The notes beneath the pieces were generated by a model that saw only the letters and a program-made list of their open reading frames with translations, made no database searches and was not told the DNA's origin. Position numbers and translations under genes: made by a program. This document shows, piece after piece, positions 48,624 through 62,037 of a stretch of DNA of 64,000 nucleotides. Every line of letters begins with the position of its first letter. Position 1 is the first letter of the stretch. Source of the DNA: Bispira polyomma (Eukaryota). The stretch lies in assembly GCA_965649765.1 (NCBI GenBank), contig OZ287754.1, positions 36,394,001-36,458,000 on the forward strand, given 5' to 3'.

Positions 48624-49739
48624 CTTTGGACAAAGACAGAGCTTATTCCAAGTGGTATGAGGTACAACTATTATCACAGATATTTGAAACAAATTCCATA
48701 ACAACAAGGAGACGCATTTGTTGAGCAGTAAAACCTGATATTTGAGTTGGTAGCATTTGGCGTGACTGATAACACTACCGTTATTAAAGAATCAAAGGAG
48801 GTTTGTACATAATTGCAGGTTCTTCTTCTGAATGCCAAATTATATGAATTGCACGAACAACTGTTAAATACATGATATTTGCATAAAAATAGTGTAAATT
48901 ACTCGATCAATGATTTTCCTTGTTTGGAGAAGACCTGGTATATTAAACCCCAATTCTTAGTCTATTGATCGCTAAAAGGTCATATGCATCTTTAACTTCA
49001 CTGCAAATAAGTGTAATTGGATCATGTTTGTTCAATTAAACTCTCAATTCTCATTTCATATTGACCTCCATAAAAGCAGGAAGTTAATCATTTCCTTGTG
49101 CCCAACGCATAAAAGTTCTGAATGTAACTTCTAAAAAATCATGTGTGAATTTGAAATATCTAAAGCAAATACTGCTATAATTGCCAATCTGTAGAAGTGT
49201 AGTGTCGACTATTTTGTGACAGTCTTCTGGTGACTGACGGTTACTGCCTCTCTAATCTGCATCTTATCACTAACTAGAAGGGTACAATTTATATATCTCT
49301 GCCATTATACATATTTACCATGTGGTGAAGTTGAAATCCCCTAAGACGCAAGCGAGATCACAGGGGCAGAATTTAGTGTATTTTCAGTACTACATACATT
49401 GTATGAGCATAACAAGCAATTATGGAAATTTAGGATTTTTCGCTAGTTAAGGCCACAAAGAGGGACACACCCTACCGGTTTCACCAAAAATGGGCATATC
49501 AAACTAAATATGATTGGCGAGGTAATTATGTTACATAAAACATTCACTTCAATGGTATTGAACGTTTTGTCAAATAGCTTACAATTAATGGGTGATTTAT
49601 TGGGTTTTTGTTGTACTTTATAATCTGCTAGTACACAGTACACATTAAATTTTGGTATGAAATTAGCCCAACTAGCTTCATAAAACATCCAGACAAGAAT
49701 GCCTACAGCCTCAGTCTGCAATACAACCGTACCTTATCT

Positions 49740-49860
49740 TCAATCATTGACAGTCAAGCTCCAAAGTTTTCATGGTCCCTTCAACTTTCTGACCCTCATC
49801 CATGGACTAACCCAGACATCAAGGAAGTGAAACAATGTAAACATTAACTTGAGCGTCACC
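49740..49860 (+). mobile_element. Short L2/CR1 ORF2 linker fragment
   Basis: IDSQAP....PHPWTNPDIKEVKQCKH*LERH resembles the 'D.HAP...PW....I...K...R.LER' region between the EN and RT domains. Confidence 0.5.
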
Positions 49861-49869
49861 AAATCACCT

Positions 49870-50085
49870 TTGACAGAAAGCGCCAATATGCCTAGCAAAA
49901 GTACTGGGAATTGACATTGAAAAAGGTACTACTGTGGAAATAAATACACAGGTATTGGAGACCTCCGCGATGTGTTCCGGAGCACAAACTTGACCTTCTT
50001 CCAGTCGTCGGGGCGTGCGAGGAATTTTTGCTGGTACTCGTCGATGATGGCCTGGCAAACTTGTGGCACAAGCAGATTTTTTCCC
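49870..50085 (-). mobile_element. Decayed PIF/Harbinger transposase fragment
   Basis: Minus strand reads LLVPQVCQAIIDEYQQKFLARPDDWKKV, followed by frameshifted VNSQYF..IGA-like remnants. Confidence 0.55.
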
Positions 50086-50339
50086 GCCCTTTTTTCTAAA
50101 CATTGTGGGGAATTGCCAAGGATTGGTCACGATCATATAATCAAGCCCCATAACAGATTGCTCAGTGCATTCAACAACAATCCTCAAACCAAAAAATTCA
50201 AGGTTACACATGATAATAAGAAATTACCTAGCCTGGTTTCTGAGGTTTTTAAAATCATTCCTAAGATCACAGTTACATTTAGATGCTTGTTTAACAGGCC
50301 TTTGGCCATGTGGAGCAAACCAACTGATGCCCCTCCTTT

Positions 50340-51777
50340 GAATAATTATTATTATTATTATAGATTTTTAACGCGCTTTATTCATGCTAGGAATCTTCTA
50401 AAGCGCAACAGCAGAATCATTAGTCCAATCATTAAGTCCATGGAAATTGCATAGTCGTAAGGAAGGAAGTGGGAGCGTGCACGAGGAAAGCTAAGGTGGG
50501 TAGACAAGATTAAAAAGATAGGTATTAAGCTTTTTCCTAAAACCGATAAGTGTGTCAACTGATCTGAGGTCAACTGGGAGACTGTTCCATAACCGTGGAG
50601 CTGCGGTGGAGAACGCTCTGAAACCCGCCTTTCTGATTGGTCTGACCGAAGTGACAGAGAGTCTGTTGCCTCTCTTGCGGTTACTGAAGGAAAGAAGGGA
50701 GGTAAGGTAGGGTGGCTGTTGAGTGATTACAGCCTTAAAAGTGGTAACGTGAATTTTAAACAAAATTCGAGATTTAATGGGCAACCAGTGTAATTTTTTG
50801 AGGTAAGGAGTGATGTCTGTGCGACAACCCAGGCGAAAAATGACCCTACATAGGTAGTTTTGGATGGACTGGAGATTTTTAATGGTGAACTTATTTGCTT
50901 CGTACAAGAGAGAATTGCAGTAGTCTAGGCGGCTACTTACAAGGGCATTTGCCACAGTTATCGCTGTGTCCATGGACAAGTGGTTTCTGATTCTTGTGAT
51001 GTCGCGTATGTGGTAATAGCAGGAGCGACAGATGTTGGCAACATGAGTATCGAACGAAAAAGCTGAATTAAAAGTGACACCCAGGTTTTTAGCATTTTCG
51101 GAAGGTAGTATGTCTTTTCCCAGCAGGGAGATAGGAAACAAAGATTTTAGGAGTTCACTGTTTTTCTTGTTTCCTATGAGGATGAATTCTGTTTTGTCAG
51201 GGTTAAGCTTTAGTTTGGAGTAGTTCATCCACGCCTGGACATCAGACAGACAGTCTGCAAGTAGGTCTATGTTAGTATCTGCGTTTTGTGGATTGAGGGA
51301 GAAATAGATTTGAGTGTCGTCTGCATACATGTGGTGTTTTATATTGTGTTTATTGATGACAGTGCTGAGAGGATGTGTATAAAGGGTAAAAAGTAGAGGA
51401 CCAAGGACGGATCCATGGGGTACTCCATATGGAAGTTTTATGGAAGATGATAGGTGATCATCTAGTTTAATTCTTTGTGCCCTAAGAGTAAGGTAGGATC
51501 TGATCCATTTAAGGACACTGCCATTTATACCGAACCACTGCTTGAGAGTGTCGCAGAGCAGGACATGATCAATAGTGTCGAATGCAGCTGAGAGATCCAG
51601 AAGGGTGAGGGCCACTGTGTCGTTGCGGTCCAGTGCAAGATTGATATCATTGCTGATGAAAAAAAGGGCACTTTCTGTAGAGTGAAATTTTCTATAAGCA
51701 GACTGGTGGCGATTTTCAATGTTTTGTCTATTAAGGTGGTCAGAAATTTGTTTAGCTACAGCTTTCTCGATGACTTA
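50340..51777 (-). mobile_element. 5'-truncated L2/CR1-clade LINE (RT C-terminal half, 3'UTR, (AAT)n tail)
   Basis: ORF 51615-50491: LLDLSAAFDTIDH, GVPHGSVLGP, YADDTQ, LKLNPDKTE, SRLDYCNSLL, LHWLPI, APRLWNSLP. Upstream frameshifted KVIEKAVA..QSAYRKFHSTE. Tail at 50341-50360. Confidence 0.93.
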
Positions 51778-51779
51778 AT

Positions 51780-51960
51780 GTATACAATAGGAAATTAAGT
51801 ATTGTGCATCTAGAGATGATCAACATTGTCCTGGCCCTACGTTTTTGGGACAAATATTGGGACCAACAAAAAGTAGTAGTCCATTGTGACAACATGGCTG
51901 TATTCTTGGTCGTTGACACACAGAAAACTAAAGATGAATATTTAGCACTTTGCTTAGTAA
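51780..51960 (+). mobile_element. RNase H fragment of a second, decayed DIRS/Ngaro-like element
   Basis: SIVHLEMINIVLALRFWDKYWDQQKVVVHCDNMAV..KTKDEYL aligns with TIVHFEMVNVIVAFRLWGPTWANQKICVHCDNLAV..RDPF of ORF2 at ~40240-40390. Confidence 0.85.
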
Positions 51961-52514
51961 TGTTAAGGGATGGCAGGGTGGAATAGGAGCTCTAAATGAC
52001 TACATCTCCCTCTGCTAGGGCGTCTGGGATTCTAATACTAGCCATGCCGTCACGTCACCTCTTGCTCAACTTAGTGCTTGCAAACACGTTGGCTCACTGG
52101 TCAATAATTTATAGACTGTTTTAGATTGTCAAAATATATTGTCAGGGAGGATGGCCATAAAACTTGCCTTGTGTTAACATGGTTAACCCGTCATGTTACA
52201 CATGTGGACCACAACAGGTCAATTAATACTGTTTAGTGTCATAGCTAATTGCGAGGTGGAGCAGGTCACCGCACCAACCAGTTTAGTGCTTCCCAGTATT
52301 TTTGCCAACTAAACTCCATCTATTTAAATTGGCAAACATTTGAGAGTACTATTTAACTGTGGCCAAATTACCCCTTTCCTTCACTTTTGAAAGTCAAACT
52401 AAGGAGGCAGGACGCCATTTTATAAAAACAACAAAATATTTCACAAATCCCACCTCCTTCTCCATTATCATTTCATACTACTCCTCCCATATGTTTTCAC
52501 TACCGCCGTGCCGG

Positions 52515-53440
52515 TGTAAAGTGAATTCTGCCCCCCCCCCCCCATAAATCTTCCCCCTGGGGGGCAGATTTTCTTGTAAATATTACCCCCCCGTGGAAGA
52601 TTTTCTGGAAATTTGTCCCCCCCGGGGGGAAGATTTTCTAGAAAATAATACCCCCCACCTGAAAATTTGGGGGGTATAGGGGGTATTGTCTACTATTTTA
52701 AGTACAATATTTATTGTATTGATAAAAAGGGCAGCAGTATTAATACAAGGATCTTATCTAGCTTAAACATATATCTGGGACTCAAAAGGTTCATTGTCAC
52801 CATGGAGTATTGTTTGAACATAGATTGCCACGCTCATGCAGCCAAAAAAAGACATCATCAAGGTACTGATGCCTGAAGTGCAAAAGCAGAGCAATGGCTC
52901 AGACTGTGGGGTCTATGCGATTGCATTCTTCAATGCACTTGTTAATGGAATGGATTCAACCACCTTACAGTTGGATAGTAAAAAACTCCATCCATATCTA
53001 AAACAGTGTTTCCAAAAAGGACACACGTCACCCTTTCCAAACACTTTAGATAAAGTTTGCACTCTTGAAAAAAAGACATTTTGCAATAAAACCTTTCTGT
53101 GCATGTGAACAGCCAAACACAAGATAAATAAAGAACTGCAAAACCTGTGGTGCTAAAACTCATACTTCATGTTTGTGGCAGAATCTTCAATGTGGTAAAC
53201 GCAAATGGGTTCACTAGATCAGATTAGTTAAACTGTAAATAAATTAGCAATTGTATAAAATTGTTCATATTTGTGTGTGGAAATTGTTTTTAAAGTTAAA
53301 ATAAAAGAATTTTGAAACAATAAATGCTTGTCCATTGTTGATAGAGGTGGGGGGGAGATTTTCATGGTGGGGGGGGGATATTTTCTAGAAAATCTTCCCC
53401 CTGGGGGGAAGATTTAACGTGGGTAAGATTTATTTTTACA
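52515..53440 (+). mobile_element. Non-autonomous Ginger-like (or MULE-like) DNA transposon carrying Ulp1-protease and PHD remnants
   Basis: TGT...ACA termini with imperfect long TIRs built of aaatcttcccc/ggggaagattt and ttttctagaaaat motifs; left flank CCGG. Internal ORF 52836-53108 VQKQSNGSDCGVYAIAF...CF....PFP, then FLCMC..C...HTSC. The right-side TSD does not match. Confidence 0.6.
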
Positions 53441-54649
53441 AAGTGCCAGAGGGAGCAAAGTGCCAGAGAAAGGGTCTGTGATGGCTCACTTAATGCCTGT
53501 GATGCAGGGGTAGGCGAGGGGGTGCTGGGGTGGGGCTTTGAATGTACCTCTCTTGCACTTTGATATCTCATTGTGTGTCATGGTGGATTCTTCCCCCTTG
53601 TCTTCACAAATACTACTGCTACACCAGGCAGCCGGTTATGCTTTTGGGGTAATGGAAGAGTCAAAAACCCCCACATTCATACAAAATAAGATCACAATAG
53701 ACTAGGGTATATGCATTTCAGACTGTATGTTATTTAAATGTCATTAAAATTTTATTGATATACTCATTGACTGTATATTATGTAAAATGTTGTCAAAAAT
53801 TGTGTTTATGTGATGTGCATAAAACATTAACCAGAAAGCTAACAAAGTGTCTGCAGTTTCAGATCCGCCACAATGAAAATATCAGACGTTACACAGTCCT
53901 GCTAACTCAGTCAAAGGCAAAGAGCTGTCAACTGTAAACATGCATACAAATCATGCCAGTTGTAGTGGATCTACTATGCCAGCTCTCCACTGTGAATGTA
54001 ACTAAGGGGTGATATAATACTGACACCTAAAGCTCAGTCTCTGGGACACGTGGACTCTTATAATGAACTCCAGAATTGAGTGTCTCTTAAGCTAAGGTTT
54101 TAGTCTTTTAGCTAGAAGTGGAACTATTTTACATAAATTATACATTTTAGTGCTTTTTATTGCTATATTCATATAACTTTTACAAGCTTACCATGTTGTG
54201 TGAACTTAATGCCACGTGTATACCAAATTTAATTCAAAAATGTAAACTTGTTTGTGTCCCTTTTATTACAGTAACTCATATTCTAAACTCACAGTTAAGG
54301 TTACCTTAATGTTTAACCTTAACTTTAGTTTAGGGCAATCTTAAACTCATACCCTAACTCAAGGTGACCTTAAATATTTTATACTAATAATGTAAATGGC
54401 ATAGAATATCTAAACCTTTGAAAGTATTAAAATCAATATTCCCAAATGAAAGTGTTTTTACTAACTTCATGCACATGTCACTATCAGAGGCACTGTATCT
54501 AAATTTGTGTAAACAGGGGTTAACTCATGTTTAGCTCACTAATAATAGGAAGCTGGTTTCACAAACTATACATGTCATATAGAATAACCCGTGTTTAGCT
54601 TCTGTCAATAGGACAGTTGATTGTTCATTTCCTTGTTTTGAAAAAATAC

Positions 54650-54820
54650 ATACAACTGGGTGTCATCAGCATAGAAATGATAGTTTAGACAGTTTAGTTT
54701 CACAATGTCCCCAAGAGGTGTGGTGTATAAAGTAAATAACATAGGTCCCAGAACTGAACCTTGTGAAACCCCGAAAATTAAGGTGGCAGGATCAGATGTA
54801 GCATTTCCAATTTGTATAGA
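54650..54820 (-). mobile_element. L2/CR1 RT fragment
   Basis: Minus strand reads [39 protein letters not shown]...[11 protein letters not shown]. Confidence 0.85.
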
Positions 54821-54994
54821 CGATCACCGAGATACGATGCTGCCATCTCTGTTGCTAATTACCTTGTCTAAATACCTTGCCGCCTCAACTACTGCAGTTA
54901 CTATGAGTTAAAGTCGATTAAAAAAATATCTGTTAGGAGTCATTTTCCAGCTGGGGATTCGTACTGATGACTCTCCATACCTCAATAAATCATA

Positions 54995-56312
54995 GTGACA
55001 AAAGGTGAACCTACAGCACTAGTCCTCCTCGACCTGTCGGCAGCTTTTGATACTATTGATTATGCTACCTCCCCTTAATACTTATCGTCCTGGTTTGGCT
55101 TTCATGGTACAGTTCTCAAATGGTTTACTTCATATCTCTCAAATCGATTTCAGTCTGTCAAAATAGGCTCCACTCTGTCAGAGTTGTTTAAGCTTGAGTT
55201 TGGTGTTCCACAAGGGTCAGTTCTAGGTCCAATCTTGTTTTCTTTGTACACTACTCCGCTCAGCTATATCATCAGCAAACATAGCAATATCAAGTACCAC
55301 TTTTATGCTGATGACACACACCTGTATGCTCATCTCTCATATAAAAATGCCACAACTGTTCTTGACAGTCTAAAAAGTTGTCTCTGTGATGTTCAGAAAT
55401 GGATGTTTGCCAAAAAGCTTAAATTAAACCCGGATAAGACCGAGTTTATACTATTCAGATCAAGAGCACAGGCTGATAGATTGAAGAATTTTTTCCCAGT
55501 CAATATTTTAGGAAACAAGGTGTACCCTGCAAATGCTGTCAAGAACCTGGGTGTGTGGTTTGATTCTGTGGTTTTCCTTCTCCAAACAAGTTCATGAAGT
55601 TTGCAAGTCTTGCTTCATCCAAATGAGGGATCTAAAAAGGGTTGGGCGCTACTTGTCAGCCAGTACTGCTACTATAGTTGCAAATGCCCTGGTTAGAAGT
55701 CATCTTGACTACTGTAATTCTCTTTATAGAAGTTTATCCAAGGCTGACATCCGTAAGTTGCAATGCATCCAAAACTCGTTAGCCAGACTGGTGGCCAACC
55801 ATTCCAAGTACTCCCTTGTTACTCCTGTTTTAAGAAATCTCCACTGGTTACCCATTGAGTTTAGATGTATGCTCAAAACAGCTACCTTAGTCTACAAATT
55901 TTTAAATTATGGCCTTCCAGCATACTGGAATCCATACCTCACACTTTACACATGCAGTCATAATACTAGAAGGAGCAGACCGGAAAAAAGTTACCTGACC
56001 GTTCCAAGATTTATGTCAGCAGTACACAAATCTAAACGTCAGTTTAACAATAGCTTTGCCCATGATGCTCCAACACTTTGAAATGAATTACCTGTTGAAA
56101 TTCGTTGTGCAACCTCACTCACATCCTTTAGAAAAAAACTTGAAACCTACCTATTCGACAAGGCTTTTCCACCATAGCCCTAAATTCACCTGGAGTCTCC
56201 ATGGTGCTGACCCATGCTTGTCTAATGCAAATTGAATAATGATACTGTCCTGCGCCTTAGAATCCCCTTAGGAGATATTAAGCGCTATAAAAGTTAGATT
56301 AGATTAGATTAG
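54995..56312 (+). mobile_element. 5'-truncated, frameshifted L2/CR1-clade LINE with (TTAGA)n tail
   Basis: DKGEPTALVLLDLSAAFDTID, GVPQGSVLGP, YADD, KLNPDKTE, SHLDYCNSL, LHWLPI. Frameshift at ~55570, stop at ~56081, ORF end KAFPP* at ~56177, then a ttagattagattag tail. Confidence 0.92.
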
Positions 56313-56489
56313 TGACTTTCTATTTACTATCGAATTTTGTTTAAAATTCCTATAACCACTTTCAAAGCTGTTATCTCTCAACAACCCTCTTCAGTAGTTT
56401 TCACACTTATAACAGTTCTCTCTCGATCATTAGAACTTGGCTGGTTGGGAGATAAAGGCGGGAAAATGACCATTCGTATATATTTGTAT

Positions 56490-56855
56490 CCCCCGTTTAT
56501 GCCCTGTTTATGCCCAGTTTATGCCCGTTAATGGCCAGTTTTGACCAGATCTCACCCGTTTATGACAAATTTATGGACAGAATTGACCACATCTAAGCAG
56601 TTCATCGCACGTTCATGTAACATTTGCTCCAGTTTACTCCAGTTCAGACGAGATCACACAAGTTCTAAGCCCTGTTTACACCAGTTTTGACCAGTTCAAC
56701 CCCCGTCAGGCTGGCTTTGCTTCCTGTTCTTGCCGATCTCACCCATTTATGCCCTGTTTATGCCCTGTTTATTCCCAGTTTACTCCAGTTCACATACGTT
56801 CACAGATCTGGGCTCGAACGGTCCCGAGAACATGGACAGTGTGAATGGTACATTA
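56490..56855. mobile_element. Harbinger-like non-autonomous element end with gtttatgccc subterminal repeats
   Basis: Many (c)cgtttatgccc/ccagttt repeats ending in ggacagtgtgaatggtaca + tta. Only one end is recognisable. Confidence 0.4.
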
Positions 56856-59599
56856 CGTTGCTGCTCGCCTCTCCTTCAGCAACCTTAAAAGGGGAATAAG
56901 ACATTTCCGTTTCCCTTTGTAAGACGTACCTAGCTGGCTGGATCTAGAGCTTTCTCTGTTGCTGCCCCTATGTTATGAAATAGTATTCCAGTTGAGCTTA
57001 GCTCACATGATACACTTGAAGACATTTGAAGCCTCAACCCCAAAGTACGGAATCCACTTTTATTCTATTTTTTTGGTAAGATGCCTTAAAATTATGAAGA
57101 GCTTAACTTCAAGGACTTTGGATAACAATTTTTTCAACGTCCCTTGGGCTCTTTACCCTACCTTCAATCTAATGAAGGACCCATTGGTGGCCCACAAGTG
57201 AATATAATGGTACCTGCTAGCTATAGCATGTGTGTCTGTGCGTGGAACAAGTAATGTAATCTGGTTCACTCTCTTGGTTACAGTGACCACAAATGGTTCT
57301 GTTTTGATTATATTGCCAGACGAATTTACAGAACTGAAGTTTGGCACCATGTAAACATTTTATGTTGAGGTTATAACCTTGAAATCTTACTTGATATATT
57401 TATGCGGTACACATATTTACCTCATACAGCTACTCTCTCACTTGGCTTTTATATCACTTTCAAAGTGTCTTGTGTCATATCATGGCTCGTCAATCAGAAC
57501 AAGGTATTTGGTAAAGGTGTTCTGCTCTGAAAACTACCGACTTTCAGCAAATTTACTGCCAACATTTGCAGACACACAATGGGGCTGTTATTTGATATGA
57601 TAATGGTGTTACGCTTTGATTGTATAGTGGTTAGTAGATAGTAAGATAGTAAAAAAAGTGATCTAAACTTTACTAGGCTTACTGCTATTTATTCAAAATT
57701 GCAATGGTAAAACCAAAATAACATGTGGCTCACATTAAGTGTGTTCAATCTTAATTTTTAACTCTCTTTACACCATAGGTTCCAAACCAGATTATTAACA
57801 AATTACTCTCACAAAGGATACACCTTTAATTGTTTTACAATACCATAGTTGACAAAGTTCCGGACTATCGTCCTCCTGATGAAATATCTGCCAAGCTGTT
57901 AGCTTTATTACAGTAACGTTGTTGTCAGTTCAAATTCAACTAAAGTTGTTATGCAGTCATAACTCAAAGTCCCAGTGAAGAATTGTGCAGAGTCCATATA
58001 ACATGCTGAATCTTGCCTATATCATCATACACTGTTGCTCTGTGTACCAACAAGATGAATGATACCACCAGCCTCAATGATTCAGTCATAAAGGGCGTAC
58101 TGCCACCACAAGTGCTTGAAAAGTAAAGAATTAAGTGTCTTTACTATACTATTCATACAAGTGTTCCTTGTTCATGAAATATACACAATATTCACTATAA
58201 TATTTTTTACATATTTACCCTTGAAAGTTGCCCATTAATAATCGGTAATTTTACTTGTCGCCTATATGCATAAATTACATACAACTCTAAAGTTGTTCAG
58301 TATTCTATAATACAAGTATGACCCCAAACTAATCACACCTTTAATAAATGACATACATACTTACATAGGCTGTTCTAATAACATGAACTTTTAGTAACTA
58401 CATATTTGAAGTAACACATTACACATACATACTACCACAATGAAATATTCATCAAGTAAATTAACTTACAAACACTCCTGTAGTATAACAGTTAAATTTC
58501 TTTCCCCAGTACTACTACCACACTGGCTGCTAAAAATAAACTGTTTGCCATTCTACACCTTAGACAGCATTCCTGTGTCAAAACCACTCAACAGAATACC
58601 TAGACTCTGTTGAATCAAAGTTTCTGAACAGAGCACAGCTTAAGCTCAATGTACACTGTATAAAGTCATTTCCGAGTGATGAACAACAATGTTACACTAC
58701 TGAATTCTAAATTACATGTAATAGTAACACTCACAATTAAATACAACTGATGATTAACATGTTTTAAAGTCATAACTACTCCTCAACAACAAATTACCAA
58801 TAATGCATTGTGCATCTGAGTTTGTGTGATTGGAACTTAAACTTTTAGAACTGACAGTTCTTCAACAAAATTGTACCCAATACACATCAGCTGATACACC
58901 TAAAGTCTGTATACCAAATATGACACACATTTAAACACGTACGAACTACATCAGAATGTCCACATACAGAATACTTAACTAGTAACAAAGCATATAATTC
59001 AAATTGTAACAAAAGGGTGGCAGTAAGTATTAATTATGTCTAACATAAATAAAGGCACACATGTTTTTGACAATATGTGTCATCATGGGAACATGTAACT
59101 TGACATTTGCACTGCACGAGGACATTATACCCTTAGACTTGTAATAAATATAAAGCCAATTAATGCACTGAAATGCAATCTTTTGTTTGTATAACTTTGT
59201 AAGTTATGTTATTAATTGTTTCTGAGGTTAATTTAAATTTCAGAGATATTGGTGAATTCAGTCAAAGTCATAAAAATCAATCTTTGAGATTGCCTGAATT
59301 AGTTCCAGTTGGAGCTATCTCTACTGTCTCTAAACCCTGGCTGCAACAATTTCCCACTCTTACAAGTCGAAATTAATGGAGGCCTACTGATGCCAGAGTG
59401 CAAAAAAACATAGATGACAACGGGCATTCCCATATTAAATCGTTGGTTCTCCTCATCCTGCACCTCCACATGCTCGATCCTCCATTTCCTGGTCTTTCTT
59501 TTTGGTTTTGGTGTCATAATGCTTAAAATTTTCCATCTTAATATTTTACACAAAAAAAGTCCTGGATAGTTGTAAAGTCTCCGAGATGTAGCTGAATGA

Positions 59600-60202
59600 A
59601 TGAAGATCTTGGTCATGGCCCCCTTACCCTCAGGCTGCCTCCCGAAATGCACGCCGACCAATAAGATTTTGCGTTTGAGTTATCTTTTGACAGCTTAATC
59701 TATCATTTCACTTTTCCGAGTTCCCCCACTTATCTTTTCGATCGGTTGGCGCCAATGACTTATCGTTTGTATTGCCCGACCTATCTTTTTGATGGGGGCT
59801 TCCCCAACGACTTGTCTTTTGTTTTCCTGGAGTTATCTTTTCAATCGGGGAAAAGCTAAGGATCTATCTTTGGCCCATAACACGATAACACTGCAGGGGT
59901 AGGTAAAAATAACTCGTAATGGCCCCCGACCTATCTTGGTGATGGAAAGATAAGTCGGGATGAATTTTTAAATAATTTAGGGGACGATTGAAAATATAGG
60001 TCTTTAGAAGGTCGTTAGTGGTCAATTGGCCCCGATTTTCACGACTTATCGGCCGTGCCACCCATATTCCCTCCTGTGAAACCTCTACGACCTTCCCTAT
60101 TGGAAAAGATAAGTTGTTGGAGGCCTCAACCTCCCCAATAATCACCCCAATCTTATAATAATAACGATTGGCGGCTATTATCGGCATAGTGGAACAGGAG
60201 TA
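59600..60202. mobile_element. PIF/Harbinger element end related to 42285-43837
   Basis: Right end rc TACTCCTGTTCCACTATGCCGAT followed by TTA, similar to the TIRs of the 42285 element. Interior is rich in ttatc/gataag motifs. Confidence 0.6.
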
Positions 60203-62037
60203 TTAGCTGTCAAAGTTTACATACATAGAAAAGAAAAAAGAACCCCATGACAGTTATTAAAAAAAGAGGAAAAGTTGAGAGTTTGTCATTTTAGAGGTAG
60301 ACTTTTTGGCGTCTTGGATTGGTTCATCATTTTTTTATCATCATAGTGAGACAAATGGCCAAGCTGTCTATGCACATGCACTGTGATTGCTTATGTGAGT
60401 TACAAGTTTTTAGTTAAATTATATTTAATAATACCACACAGCAGGTCCCTTTTAAAAAAAATATTCTGCCATTTAATTATTTTCGGTGCTTGTAAAATAA
60501 ACATCCATAAAAGCTTTGTCATGCTTTGGTGACATTTTATAACACAAATGCATAATAAGTATGAAAAAAATCATATCATCAAAATATCCCATGTTATCAG
60601 ATACCATACAGACATTTCGTGTCAAGTATGTTTGGCTGAAGATCATTTGACAACTATGGCCATCAGAGAATAAACTTTTCAATCGGTGTACATGGGCCTC
60701 AAATAGAAATACAACAGTTGGCATTATTGAGTAGAGTGCGGCTGTTACGCCACCAAGTCAGTTACTTTAAGGATTTTTGTTTTAAAAGCTTATTCTTGTG
60801 CACACTGACACGTTAAGCTTATTTATTAAACACCAAATAAAAAAAGTTAAAGAGACCAGACGGTAACAATTGAGTTTATACAAGAAACAAATTGTTTACG
60901 ATTTCAGTTTCAAGTAGGTGGATCAACTCCTCCATAAACTGTATATCTCAATTTGACTAAATGTATGTATGCCTATTATTGGTTTGCTTGGTCCAAATAC
61001 TAACCGAGAAGTCGTTTTTATAAGTATACATCAGAGCTGTGAAGTGATAACGACTAGGTTACTTGGAAAGGCTCACATTCTGAATTCAAAAGGCTTCCTC
61101 ATTTGTCTCTCCTAGTATCTTAGTTTCCTACTTTAAATAAGCTAAACATTATTTCTTCATTTTTTAAACACGAAATAAATCTTTCAGCTTAAGCAGTTCA
61201 TCTAAATTGAGCACCACATGTATTTGTTATTACTACTAGTGCAGACTTGTGGAAAGGCTAGTAAAGTATAGAAGATCATGTAAAACTAGCCAGGATAGGT
61301 TTTCATGAACCATAAAACCTATAGATACATTTGTTTATATGGACATACACATTATTCTTCATGTGTCAGTTTAGAAAAAAAACACTGGCACTCAGTATGG
61401 TGCATACCTCCGCCAAGGAGCACCAGTTCAATTTTTTTGTAAAACCGTTGGTAACCTGTTCGGGTGCTAATTAGGCTGTATTCAGTTAGTATTCTGTACA
61501 AAGGTAGCATTTATTGTCTCCTTTTATTTAGCTATTCAGTACCCACGTAAGCAGGTGAACGATCCAGTGAAGAAAGCAAATGCTCATTCAGTGTTAGCTT
61601 TGTCTGTAAGGGCGTGTATATCATAGTAATGTTTCCATAGTTTGTACAGTATATGTGTAATATTCATGACAGCCATTTCAGTGTTTTATTACACACTACC
61701 CAATTATCCCACTATACTTCTGTGGTATCTGGACACCATTGTATAAATTATTTTTATCACCTGAACATAGATATATAACATGTAGGGGTACCGATATTTT
61801 AACCTAAATTTCAAGTTACTGATTACAATAATGTCAATTAGTTGTAATATTGGTAAAGATGCAGATATTAAAGTACGTTTTGTTGCAAAAATCTTGACTT
61901 TTGAAAAGTTGTAAATATGAAATTAAGATTTTGTAATGCGTTGTCTTTCTTTTTGTCTTTATATCATTTCATCATACACGCCACTCCTGTAGTTTTACTA
62001 TTAAACCAGCAAGTGTCCGGGTGTAGAGTCAACAGCT

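Noticed and set aside
54020-54065. KAQ..G/TWT-like string as the YR C-terminus of the second relic
   Set aside because: Requires a frameshift and an insertion; too short to support.
56880-58130. Short Cys/His-containing frames as a host gene
   Set aside because: Multiple stops, no consistent splice sites and no recognisable family.
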